Positions 17,592 to 25,972 of a DNA stretch of 64,000 bases are shown here, piece after piece. Made by a program: the position numbers and the translations under genes. The DNA lies in the NCBI GenBank assembly GCA_030749235.1, contig JASMKM010000013.1:41717-105716 (forward strand). Reading direction: 5' to 3'. This stretch comes from Planctomycetota bacterium (GTDB lineage: Bacteria > Planctomycetota > UBA1135). The notes beneath the pieces were generated by a model. The model searched no databases and had not been told where the DNA came from. It saw only the letters and a program-made list of their open reading frames with translations. How positions within the stretch are numbered: position 1 is the stretch's first letter; the number at the start of each line of letters is the position of its first letter.

Positions 17592-18512
17592 ATGCCCTCG
17601 CCGAGCATTTCGCCGGCAGTCCCCGAGGAAATGCTTTATACCCTCCTGAAATTCTGCGGTGCCGTTGTAGTCAGCGGAACCCTAAGCGCAGCTTCGCTTC
17701 CCCTTAGCAGCGCCGCGCCTGCACTGGATGGCAACCAATCCACGGTTGCCTTAAACAATGCAGTTTCCGTCGTTTTCGTAGGCATCGAAGGTGATTACAA
17801 GGCCACCTCTGCTGATGAGCTCGCGACTTGGTTGCTTGAAGAGAAGAAGGTCGTCGTCGGCGAATCGATTCGGGCCATGAACAATGCTGATCGTCGCGTG
17901 TGGGCAATCCAGTCGGAGGACAGCAAGAAAATGCTGAGGAGCTTGAAGTCCGGCTTAAAGAAACAAGGCTTCAAAGCCACTCCACTGGTCGCGACGGCGC
18001 TCTCTCCGCTTCGGGAAGATATGCGCACAATGAAGTCGGCGATGCGCGATGTGGAGTCCAAGGAGAAGAGAATCTGGACTTTCGCAGGTGGCGGTCGCGG
18101 TAAGGCTTTGTGGGCTTTCCACGAGAGCCGCTTCAAGTCGAAGGATGTCGAAGCCTTGTTCCGGAAGACCAAGTCCAAGATGGCCTTCTTCCACACGGAG
18201 TTCTGTTTTCAATCCGACGTCAAGGCGGAGTTAAACGGTGGCGTGCCTGCGGAGGCCGATCTCAATGTCGAGGAGATCACTAAAATCGCGGCAGCCTCCC
18301 TTGATTGCCTCAAGGTCAGCACACGCGACGGGGGGGTCGTGATGGATCTCTACATCCGCGATGCTGAAAGCGTGTTGCTGTTGGAGTCTTCCAACGGTCG
18401 CCACAAGTTTTTCTGCCCCAACATCCAGAAGACCTCCATCAAGCGTTTGCAGGTTCCGGAACTGAACTGGACGGTCACGGTTGAAAACCCTGGAATGCCC
18501 TTCGGGGGTTAG
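17592..18512 (+). CDS. Hypothetical secreted protein, Lys-rich
   Basis: Long ORF with a hydrophobic N-terminal segment (MLYTLLKFCGAVVVSGTLSAASL; an alternative start is near 17631). I recognise no motifs. It lies in a visibly more A/T-rich stretch. Confidence 0.55.
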   Translation: MPSPSISPAVPEEMLYTLLKFCGAVVVSGTLSAASLPLSSAAPALDGNQSTVALNNAVSVVFVGIEGDYKATSADELATWLLEEKKVVVGESIRAMNNADRRVWAIQSEDSKKMLRSLKSGLKKQGFKATPLVATALSPLREDMRTMKSAMRDVESKEKRIWTFAGGGRGKALWAFHESRFKSKDVEALFRKTKSKMAFFHTEFCFQSDVKAELNGGVPAEADLNVEEITKIAAASLDCLKVSTRDGGVVMDLYIRDAESVLLLESSNGRHKFFCPNIQKTSIKRLQVPELNWTVTVENPGMPFGG

Positions 18513-18534
18513 CTGGCTTTTCTGCGGATTTCAG

Positions 18535-18762
18535 CTAACGGGCCCCGCTAAGGGTGGTAAATGTTGGCGTGAACGACAGTACACACCCATTATCAGAACG
18601 CAGCGGCTCCGGACACTTGCCCGGTTCTCTGCCATTTTTCTTCGCTTGAGCTGAGTCTGGACAAGGCGTCGAGACTATTTTTCGCTGGAATCGCCGATGG
18701 CGCCAGCGAAGTCGCGCATTCTGCAAAGGGACGAAGAGTGACAGGGTCTGGTATGGGCTCAT
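18535..18762 (-). CDS. Possible small ORF (75 aa) with a strong Shine-Dalgarno sequence; coding status doubtful
   Basis: The minus strand reads AGGAGGACAAAGATG (perfect SD with standard spacing). The product is Arg-rich and low-complexity and resembles nothing I recognise. Confidence 0.2.
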   Translation of the reverse strand: MSPYQTLSLFVPLQNARLRWRHRRFQRKIVSTPCPDSAQAKKNGREPGKCPEPLRSDNGCVLSFTPTFTTLSGAR

Positions 18763-18808
18763 CTTTGTCCTCCTATAGGGGAGGGAATTCTGCGTTCACG
18801 ACGTCACA

Positions 18809-20866
18809 ATGGGTCTACCTATGTCGGAATACGGTTTCATCAACCGGCTGCATGATTTCTTCACCAGCCGTCGCTTTGTCTGGATCCTGACCATCGTTCT
18901 CGCGGTGTTCCTGGTCCTGTACATGCTGTTCGTCACGATTTTCTTCAACCCTTTTGAGGCGAAGCTCGACGACACGGCCACCATCGTGCCTTCCCAGGTC
19001 GATTACTTCGTGCGTTGGCGCGACGCTGGCAGCCAGTTCGGCGACTTCCCCGAGCCTGCGATTTGGGAGGATTTCGAGGACAGCAACGCCTACGCGGAGG
19101 TGGCGGAATCGGGAGCACTGATGGATATTGGTGCCTCCAGCGGCATCACCGGGGTGCTGAACGAGATTGGCAAGGTCAGTGATTACCTGCCGGTGGGTCT
19201 TAGCCTCAAGGACGACTTCCTCAGCGAGATTGCCATCGCCGGCAATGGTGAGCTGCGTTTCGACGACCGTTTCGAAGGCATGGTCATGATGCGCGCCTCC
19301 TTCAAGGTGAAGGCCGGGGTCTCGATGATGGGTTTCGGCTTCGTGCGCGACAAGCTTCCCGAGGACATTCAGATTGAGGACGTCGGCGACGACGTCTATC
19401 GCCTGCCGCAGTTTGAACCATTCGGCTTTCAGGATGCTTACTTAGGTCGGGTAAAAGATGTGGTAATTCTCTCGAGCCGCCAGGAGTTCCTCACGCTTGC
19501 GCAGGACCTGGACAGTCGTGGCGGCCAGGATTCGCTCGCCAGGGCGTCGAATTTCCATGACAACGTCAGCGCACACCTCGGCCCGAATGAGATCCCGATC
19601 GAGATGTTCTTCCGCTGGGACAAGATTGGTCCACAGGCCGGGCGCTGGCCCGACCCGAATAGTGAAGGCCTCGCGTCCCGTTTCCTCGGACGCTTTTTCG
19701 ACACGCAGATGCTGCGCTTTCTGTCCGGCTACCTGGATCTCGATACGCATATGAAGCTGCGGTTGAGTGGCGATATCGACGCCAGCCTAGGTGCTGATTT
19801 CCAGAAGGCATGGCTACAGGGACCGGCGCTTGGGTCGAATCGCATCAAGGAGTTCGCCTCGATGGCGCCGGCACAGGCCTTTGCATTCATGGCGCTGGCA
19901 GGCGATCCCGGCGACGTGCTGGTGCAGTCCTACGATTTGGTGGCCGGCGACTTGCGCCGTAGCCTGGATCGCGCGGTTGCCGATAGCGGTCAGTATCAGA
20001 GCATGCTGCAGCTGCTGCAGGATATTGGCAAGATCTACAAGCCAGGGCTGGCAATGGTCCTACGCAACAACAATATCAATACCCTGGATACCGAGTCCGC
20101 ACCGAAGCACGACGGTACTCCGGTGCCGTTGTTCGCGATCGTCGGCAATGTCGATGACCCGGCCGCATTGGACCGCGTGCAGAATTTCTTCGAGGTCAAC
20201 TGGGCAGCGTTCACCGGCAACCAAGGCGACGAGACGATCCAGCGATTGAGCAACATCGGTGGTGCAGAGGGACTCAGTTTCGTGAGCACCGTAATCCCCG
20301 GCACTGGCGAAATCGCGCTGTTACATCTGCGCACCCTGGATACCCTAGTGTTGACCAACTCCGGCAACTTCGCCTACGAGATCCTCACCGTGGCCTTCCT
20401 CGATCCGAAGAACTCACGCAACAAGAATTCGATTCTCGCCCTTCAGGAGAGTTTCGAAAAGGCCTTGAACACCAACAAGAACGGAGCCCACGCATTTGCC
20501 TGGATAGATCCGGGTAATGGTCGTGAGTACTTCGAGGAAAGCTCCATCGGTGCAGCCGAGGATGCCTTCCGTCTCGAGCGCGAGAGCGTTTGGCGCGCTC
20601 TGCGTCCGCAGGAGGAAGCACGTTTGCGACAGGAGATGTTCCCCGGCCAGACGTCCTTGTCCGGCACTCAAGAGAACGCTTTGCAGGCTGCGGTCGATGA
20701 GGCCTTGTTAGCTGCCGATACCGGTGCCGACAGGCGACTTCCGGAGCTGACCGCAGCAGCGCGTAGCTCCTGGTTACCTTCGCAGTTGATGGACTGGTTC
20801 TCGATAGGCTTCCGGGTCAAACGGCGTCACGCAGAACTGATGATCCAAGGCGAGATTGCCGATTAG
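18809..20866 (+). CDS. Hypothetical membrane-anchored protein (N-terminal TM helix, large extracytoplasmic domain)
   Basis: 685-aa ORF with one N-terminal TM segment (FVWILTIVLAVFLVLYMLFVTIFF). No catalytic motif recognised. Confidence 0.7.
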   Translation: MGLPMSEYGFINRLHDFFTSRRFVWILTIVLAVFLVLYMLFVTIFFNPFEAKLDDTATIVPSQVDYFVRWRDAGSQFGDFPEPAIWEDFEDSNAYAEVAESGALMDIGASSGITGVLNEIGKVSDYLPVGLSLKDDFLSEIAIAGNGELRFDDRFEGMVMMRASFKVKAGVSMMGFGFVRDKLPEDIQIEDVGDDVYRLPQFEPFGFQDAYLGRVKDVVILSSRQEFLTLAQDLDSRGGQDSLARASNFHDNVSAHLGPNEIPIEMFFRWDKIGPQAGRWPDPNSEGLASRFLGRFFDTQMLRFLSGYLDLDTHMKLRLSGDIDASLGADFQKAWLQGPALGSNRIKEFASMAPAQAFAFMALAGDPGDVLVQSYDLVAGDLRRSLDRAVADSGQYQSMLQLLQDIGKIYKPGLAMVLRNNNINTLDTESAPKHDGTPVPLFAIVGNVDDPAALDRVQNFFEVNWAAFTGNQGDETIQRLSNIGGAEGLSFVSTVIPGTGEIALLHLRTLDTLVLTNSGNFAYEILTVAFLDPKNSRNKNSILALQESFEKALNTNKNGAHAFAWIDPGNGREYFEESSIGAAEDAFRLERESVWRALRPQEEARLRQEMFPGQTSLSGTQENALQAAVDEALLAADTGADRRLPELTAAARSSWLPSQLMDWFSIGFRVKRRHAELMIQGEIAD

Positions 20867-20880
20867 CCAGCATTTGGGGC

Positions 20881-20908
20881 TGGACGAAAGCTTGAGGCGG
20901 GCTAGAAT
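20881..20908 (+). promoter_or_regulatory. Candidate sigma70-type promoter for tRNA-Leu
   Basis: TGGACG-N16-TAGAAT, with the -10 hexamer ending 15 nt before the first tRNA base. Confidence 0.3.
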
Positions 20909-20923
20909 TTCCGCTCCAAACCA

Positions 20924-21012
20924 GCCGGGATGGCGGAATTGGCAGACGCGCATGGTTGAGGGCCATGTTGGGATAATACCCAGTGCAGGTTCGACCCCTG
21001 TTCCCGGCACCA
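20924..21012 (+). tRNA. tRNA-Leu (anticodon GAG), type II with long variable arm, CCA encoded
   Basis: Acceptor GCCGGGA pairs with TCCCGGC. Anticodon stem CATGG/CCATG with loop TTGAGGG (anticodon GAG). Long variable arm TTGGGATAATACCCAGT. T-loop GGTTCGACC. Discriminator A at 21009 followed by CCA. Confidence 0.9.
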
Positions 21013-21020
21013 AAACACGG

Positions 21021-21048
21021 CGGACCACCTTAGGGTGGTCCGTTTTTT
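21021..21048 (+). terminator. Rho-independent terminator after tRNA-Leu
   Basis: CGGACCACC-TTAG-GGTGGTCCG stem-loop followed by TTTTTT. Confidence 0.8.
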
Positions 21049-21146
21049 CGTTCACGACGATGCGCCAGACACCTCTCAAGCCTTCACTCTCAACGGGCTG
21101 AAATACGGGCCCACGCGGACGCAGTTCGGCGCGATGGTAAAATTAT

Positions 21147-22214
21147 TTGGTGAATAGGCACGACTCTAGTACGCCCGAATCCCAATACGAAAGATTGAAT
21201 GCGCTTTCGCATTTGGTAGGGAATACTCCGATGTTGGTCTTGCGCTGCAAGTTCGAAGGTCGTGAGCTGAACATCTACGCCAAATACGAGTCCTCGAACT
21301 TTACCGGTAGTATCAAGGACCGCATGGCCCTGCATATCTTGCGGCATGCTTATGCCAAGGGTCGGATCCAGCCCGGCGACATGATCGTCGAGGCCACCAG
21401 CGGCAACACCGGCATCGCATTCGCTGGAATCGGCCGGGCGTTGGGGCATCCCGTTCGCATCCTGATGCCGGATTGGATGAGCCGCGAACGCGTGCAGATC
21501 ATTGAGAGCTTTGGTGCGACAGTGGTTCCGATCAGCAAGGCTGAAGGCGGCTTCCTCGGCAGCATCGATTGCGCGAACAAGTACGCCGCGGAGAACGACA
21601 ATGTCTTCCTGCCGCTGCAGTTCGAGAACGACGCCAACGTGCAGGCGCACTTCATGACCACCGGACCTGAGATCGTCGCACAGATGCGCGGTGCGGGTGT
21701 CGAGCCGACCGGCTTCGTGGCCGGCGTCGGTACCGGCGGGACCGTGATGGGAGTGGCGCGTTATCTGCGCAGCGAAGTCCCGGCCGCCACCGTGCATCCG
21801 CTGGAGCCGGCGAACTCACCGACCTTGCGCACCGGCCATAAGGTCGGCAGCCATCGCATCCAGGGCATCAGTGATGAGTTCATTCCCGAGATCGTCAAGC
21901 TCGACACGCTTGATGAGATCGTCGACGTCTGGGATGGCGACGCGATCCTGATGGCGCAGAAACTCGCCACCCAGTGCGGCTTGCCGGTCGGAATCTCCTC
22001 GGGCGGCAACCTTGTCGGCGCGATCAAGATCGCATTGGAGCAAGGCGAAGGCGCTGCCGTGGCGACGGTGTTCTCGGACTGCAACAAGAAATACCTGAGC
22101 ACCGACTATTGCAACGACGAGCCTCAGCGCGAAGATTACCTGACGCCGGAGATCGAACTCCTTGGCTTCCAGGTGTTGGAGCCGGCAAGCCTGTCATGCC
22201 AAGTCCCAAGCTAA
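21147..22214 (+). CDS. cysK: Cysteine synthase (O-acetylserine sulfhydrylase family, PLP-dependent)
   Basis: GNTPML, PLP-lysine motif GSIKDRMA, and TSGNTGIA. The start is TTG 21147 or GTG 21150. It has a C-terminal extension relative to minimal CysK. Confidence 0.85.
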   Translation: MVNRHDSSTPESQYERLNALSHLVGNTPMLVLRCKFEGRELNIYAKYESSNFTGSIKDRMALHILRHAYAKGRIQPGDMIVEATSGNTGIAFAGIGRALGHPVRILMPDWMSRERVQIIESFGATVVPISKAEGGFLGSIDCANKYAAENDNVFLPLQFENDANVQAHFMTTGPEIVAQMRGAGVEPTGFVAGVGTGGTVMGVARYLRSEVPAATVHPLEPANSPTLRTGHKVGSHRIQGISDEFIPEIVKLDTLDEIVDVWDGDAILMAQKLATQCGLPVGISSGGNLVGAIKIALEQGEGAAVATVFSDCNKKYLSTDYCNDEPQREDYLTPEIELLGFQVLEPASLSCQVPS

Positions 22215-23062
22215 GCATCCAGACCACCACGCTGTGGGAGTATTCCTCGCAGCATTACGGCAATACCGAGCAAGGCAGCTCGGCCTACCGCGGGGCTACG
22301 CCGTCCTATGTGATCTGGAACCTGCTGCAGCGCTACACCAAGAAGAAGGACTTGGTGGTCGACCCATTCTGCGGCAGCGGCACCACCGTGGACGTGGCGC
22401 GGGACCTCGGCCGCCGCGGCCTAGGCTATGACCTGCAACCGCACCACTCGGGCGTGTTCAAGGCCGACGCCCGCAACTTGCCGCTTGAAGATGGCAAGGC
22501 TGATTTCGTCTTCATGGATCCGCCCTATGGCGACAACCTCACCTACTCCGGTCGCCCGGAATGCATCGGTGAGTTGGCGGCGACCGACCCCGCCTACTTC
22601 GAGGCTTTCGAGGAGGTCTTTGCCGAAGTGGATCGCATCCTGAAGCCAGGTCGTTATATGGCGGTCTATGTCTGCGACGTCTGGAAGAAGCAGGCCTTCG
22701 TGCCGATCGCATCGATCCTAAGCAACATGTTGGCGCAACGATTCCTGCCGGTGGATCACATCGCAGTGGTGCGCGGCAACAAGGATCTGGATAAGGGCAA
22801 CTACCACAAGGCCGCAGAGGAGGAGAACTTCTTCCTGCGCGGTTTCAATCACCTGTTGATCTTCAAGAAACCCGAAGCCGGTGAGGTGCGTCGGGCGAAG
22901 GCGCAGGAGAAAGGCCAACGACGTGGTGGAGATGAACCGGGTCGTGGACGAGCAGGTGACCGCGGTCGTCGCCCTGGTGGCCCCCGTAAGGGAAGGCCGG
23001 GTCGCCCCGGTGGTGGAAGGGGCAATCGCGGTCGGAACCGCAATCGCCCTGAACGTAGCTGA
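22196..23062 (+). CDS. N6/N4 DNA methyltransferase-like protein, motif I before motif IV, with an Arg/Gly-rich C-terminal tail
   Basis: Start at ATG 22196 (MPSPKLSIQ), overlapping the cysK end by 19 nt. DPFCGSGTT (motif I) precedes FMDPPYG (motif IV). ILKPGRYMAVYV and HLLIFKKP resemble the core of N4/N6 methylases. The tail is GRGRAGDRGRRPGGPRKGRPGRPGGGRGNRGRNRNR. Confidence 0.7.
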   Translation: MPSPKLSIQTTTLWEYSSQHYGNTEQGSSAYRGATPSYVIWNLLQRYTKKKDLVVDPFCGSGTTVDVARDLGRRGLGYDLQPHHSGVFKADARNLPLEDGKADFVFMDPPYGDNLTYSGRPECIGELAATDPAYFEAFEEVFAEVDRILKPGRYMAVYVCDVWKKQAFVPIASILSNMLAQRFLPVDHIAVVRGNKDLDKGNYHKAAEEENFFLRGFNHLLIFKKPEAGEVRRAKAQEKGQRRGGDEPGRGRAGDRGRRPGGPRKGRPGRPGGGRGNRGRNRNRPERS

Positions 23063-23082
23063 ATCCGCGCTTTGCTTGAGCC

Positions 23083-23540
23083 TTAGCCTTTCAGCGCTTC
23101 ACGGACGCGCTTGCCGTAATCAGCGTCGGCGGCATCGAAGTGCGCCAACTGGCGATCGATGATCTCCTGTGGCACGCCATCCATCGAGCCGGCGATGGCA
23201 GCAGCCAGACGGTCGCGCTGACCGTCGTCGAACATCCGGTAGAGGTTGCCTGCTTGGGTGTAATCGTCATTGCCTTTGCGGTGGTCATGGCGACCTGCGT
23301 CACCTTGCAGTGCCAACGGAGGCTCAGCGACGGACGGATCCTGAGCTGGCCCACCAAAGCTGTTCGGCTCGTAGTTGGGCGCGCCACCACCGTTGTCGTC
23401 GAAGCGCATTTGACCGGCACGGTAGTAGTTGTTGGCAGTGGTCGCCTTCGGTGCGTTGACCGGAAGCGCATCGTGATTCACGCCAAGGCGATAGCGATGG
23501 GCATCGCCGTAGCTGAAGATGCGCGCCTGCAGAGAGCTGG
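23083..23540 (-). pseudogene. Catalase remnant (C-terminal third or less only)
   Basis: Minus-strand translation gives ...LQARIFSYGDAHRYRLGVNHDALPVNAP...APNYEPNSFGGP...DDYTQAGNLYRMF..., collinear with the distal part of monofunctional catalases. The haem-binding N-terminal two-thirds is absent, and an in-frame TAA lies at about 23597. Confidence 0.8.
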
Positions 23541-23616
23541 GCAGAGAATGAGGAGGCGATCGATAAGGTGCTGCAGGAAATGCTCTTTTTGTAGATGTCG
23601 GTTAACCTAGAGCATC

Positions 23617-25143
23617 ATGCTCTGTACCGCATTCCTGCTGCTCCTCCAAGGCGCTGGCCCCGCGATTGGCAACCTTGAGATCGCTTCCTACCAAGGTGGG
23701 AGCATCGAGATCCATGGTCAGGGATTCGGCGATCAAGCCGCCGGCGGCATGTTGCTGCTGAAGAGCGGCTCTCAATATCGTTTGTTGCCGGCGGCTTCGC
23801 CACGGATTCCGACCTGGGAGGACCAACGCATCATCCTGGACCTGCAGCATGATTCGCCAAGCGGCAGCGTGCGGGTGATCACCACCAACGGCATCAGCAG
23901 TGCCGCTCGCGTCGAGGTCTATGCCTACGATTGGTTCGACATCCCGCCGACGCCTGGCACCAACGCATCACCGTTATCGATCACCGTCGACGATACGGAT
24001 CGCGTCTGGGTGAACGAGGAGTTCCATCTCGCCTTCCAACGCTTGGACTTGAATACCGGTGTGGTTACCGGCTTGTCGATCCCGCAACCACCGCCGCCAG
24101 GCCCGTTCGCGAGTACCATCTTCGCCGACAACCGCACGCAGATGTCGATCCTCGGCGAAGACGTATTGGTCGATCCGCAAGGGCGTATCTGGTTCTCACA
24201 AGGAGGCGCCAACCTCTATTCAGGCATCCATCCGAACCATAGTCGCATCGTCTGCGTACTGCCCGACGAGCCTAGTGGTCCGGAGTTCCGCGTCTACAAC
24301 ATGCCGAACGACTGGAACGAGGTCATCGGCCTGGCGTGGGATCCGACGCGCGATTGGCTCTGGTTCGCCGAGGGTAGCCTCGCTTCCGGTTCGCGCATCG
24401 TCGGCTTCGATCCGGAATTGATCCCATGGGATAACCATTTCGATTTCAGCACTTCGCTTTCGCATCAAGTAGGGACACCCGGCTTGCCGACGGACCCGGT
24501 CTATCACTACTACGACGTACCGAATCCCACGGCTCATGCGGCGCATCTGTTGGTGACCGCAAATGGCGACATCTGGTTCACCCACTTCTGGGGTAGCGCC
24601 ATCGGTCGCTTGGTCCCGTCCACCGGGCAGGTCACCACCTATCCCGTCCCTGCCGCGATCTCGCGTGCGACACCTTCCTACATCGTCGGCGCCGGTCCAT
24701 GGCAGATCGTCGAGGCACCGAATGGCGACATCATCTTCAACGAGTTCTTCGATTCCACCATCACGCGTTTCGACATCACGCGTGCGGATGACCCCGCCAC
24801 TTGGCAACTCGATGCCAATGGCTTGAATCCCGGTATGACCGATCGCGTGGTGCCGCGTTTCGATAAGCGTCATGAGCAGATGCATTCCATCGCCTACGAC
24901 GAGAAGGGCAACCTTTGGTACACCATGCACACCGCCGATGAACCGAACCTGAAGGCGGCAGTCGGATACCTCAATCCCGAGTGGACCGAGATGACGCGCT
25001 TCTCGCCGATGGATCCCACGCCTGGAACCCGCGCGTGGTCGGCTGCCGGCATCGCCATCGATCACGATTCAGGCAGCATCTTCCTCGCCGAGTTCTGGCG
25101 CAAACGCATCGGGCGATTGCGGCATGTGCCGCGGCTGCCTTAA
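23617..25143 (+). CDS. Secreted IPT/TIG-domain + beta-propeller repeat protein (Vgb/streptogramin-lyase-like repeats)
   Basis: N-terminal Ig-like segment (IEIHGQGFGD...VRVITTNG). Repeated G(R/D)IWF(S/T) and NLWYT blades follow (GRIWFSQGG, GDIWFTHFWG, GNLWYTMH, GSIFLAEFW). Confidence 0.65.
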   Translation: MLCTAFLLLLQGAGPAIGNLEIASYQGGSIEIHGQGFGDQAAGGMLLLKSGSQYRLLPAASPRIPTWEDQRIILDLQHDSPSGSVRVITTNGISSAARVEVYAYDWFDIPPTPGTNASPLSITVDDTDRVWVNEEFHLAFQRLDLNTGVVTGLSIPQPPPPGPFASTIFADNRTQMSILGEDVLVDPQGRIWFSQGGANLYSGIHPNHSRIVCVLPDEPSGPEFRVYNMPNDWNEVIGLAWDPTRDWLWFAEGSLASGSRIVGFDPELIPWDNHFDFSTSLSHQVGTPGLPTDPVYHYYDVPNPTAHAAHLLVTANGDIWFTHFWGSAIGRLVPSTGQVTTYPVPAAISRATPSYIVGAGPWQIVEAPNGDIIFNEFFDSTITRFDITRADDPATWQLDANGLNPGMTDRVVPRFDKRHEQMHSIAYDEKGNLWYTMHTADEPNLKAAVGYLNPEWTEMTRFSPMDPTPGTRAWSAAGIAIDHDSGSIFLAEFWRKRIGRLRHVPRLP

Positions 25144-25171
25144 GTGCGAACGGGAATCGCCGTCAGCTTGT

Positions 25172-25831
25172 TTACCTGGAGTTTCTCACGAACACATAGG
25201 CGCCCTTCTCCGCACCCCAGACCTGTTGACCGTCGGCATCGAAGCCGCGGTCCCAACTCTCCAGCACGTCCGGGTAGATCGACACCACGGACGTGGCATA
25301 GGAAGCACCGGCGAGTGAACTCGCGCAACCGGTTCCGTCGGTGCTGCCTGCGTAGACGCCATCGAATGGAACGAGGTAGATGGAACAGCCATCGCGCAGG
25401 CCAAGGTCGTCGGGACCGAAGGTGTCGAAACGGGAAGGCGATCGCCAAGCTCCGGCGTATTCAAGTGGGTCACCGGGCAAGGTGTAGACATCGCTACGGA
25501 TCATCTCGCCATGTGCAGAGAGGCGGTAGATGCGTTGGCGATAGGGGCGCTCCAATGCGCTTGCCGCGGCCTGTTCGATGTAGAGCCACGGCCCATCCAT
25601 GCGGTCCTCCCAGATCTCGACCATCTCCAGGCGGATGTCGAAATAGTTGTCCGGATCGGCGAGAGCCTGCGCCGAACTCGAGAAGGATCCTGTCATCCAA
25701 CTGGTGAGCTCGGCGATGCGTGCTTCCGGTGAATCTTCGGCGGATGCAGGCGAGACGCATGCAGTTGGCAACAAGGCGAGGCTCATGCAAAAAGCAAGAA
25801 GAGCCACGCGGGAGCTCAGGGGATTTGCCAT
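25172..25831 (-). CDS. CpcT/CpeT-like (DUF1001) lipoprotein
   Basis: Lipobox LLPTAC. YFDIRLEMVEIWEDRMDGPWLYIEQA, PYRQRIYRL, RDGCSIYL, GCASSLAGASY and ESWDRGFDADGQQVWGAEKGAYVF are collinear with the CpcT/CpeT family. Confidence 0.75.
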   Translation of the reverse strand: MANPLSSRVALLAFCMSLALLPTACVSPASAEDSPEARIAELTSWMTGSFSSSAQALADPDNYFDIRLEMVEIWEDRMDGPWLYIEQAAASALERPYRQRIYRLSAHGEMIRSDVYTLPGDPLEYAGAWRSPSRFDTFGPDDLGLRDGCSIYLVPFDGVYAGSTDGTGCASSLAGASYATSVVSIYPDVLESWDRGFDADGQQVWGAEKGAYVFVRNSR

Positions 25832-25885
25832 GCCGAAATGCTAGCGCTGCGGTCGGAACGTCGGCGAATAGACCGGAAATTGAAG

Positions 25886-25917
25886 AAGACCTGCACTCCT
25901 TCCGAAGTGCAGGTCTT
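25886..25917 (-). terminator. Hairpin downstream of groEL (probable terminator)
   Basis: Perfect 12-bp inverted repeat AAGACCTGCACT/AGTGCAGGTCTT with an 8-nt loop, 56 nt after the groEL stop. Only a weak U-tract follows on the minus strand (CUUCAAUUU). Confidence 0.5.
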
Positions 25918-25972
25918 TCGAAGCGCACGAAGCCCGATCGATCAGGCAGCGGCGCGCGTGAAACGGGCAGGC

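Noticed and set aside
17556-21012. Integrative island targeted to tRNA-Leu.
   Set aside because: No integrase, excisionase, transposase or phage gene is present. I could not find a direct repeat of the tRNA 3' end. The large gene next to the tRNA has normal composition.
22196-23062. Restriction-modification system around the methyltransferase-like gene.
   Set aside because: The neighbours are cysteine synthase and a catalase remnant. No endonuclease, specificity or helicase gene is present, so it is treated as an orphan methylase.
22880-23062. GC-rich low-complexity DNA (GGTCG/CGCGG-type repeats) as a possible repeat element.
   Set aside because: It is explained by the in-frame Arg/Gly-rich tail of the methyltransferase-like protein. 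No flanking inverted or direct repeats are present.
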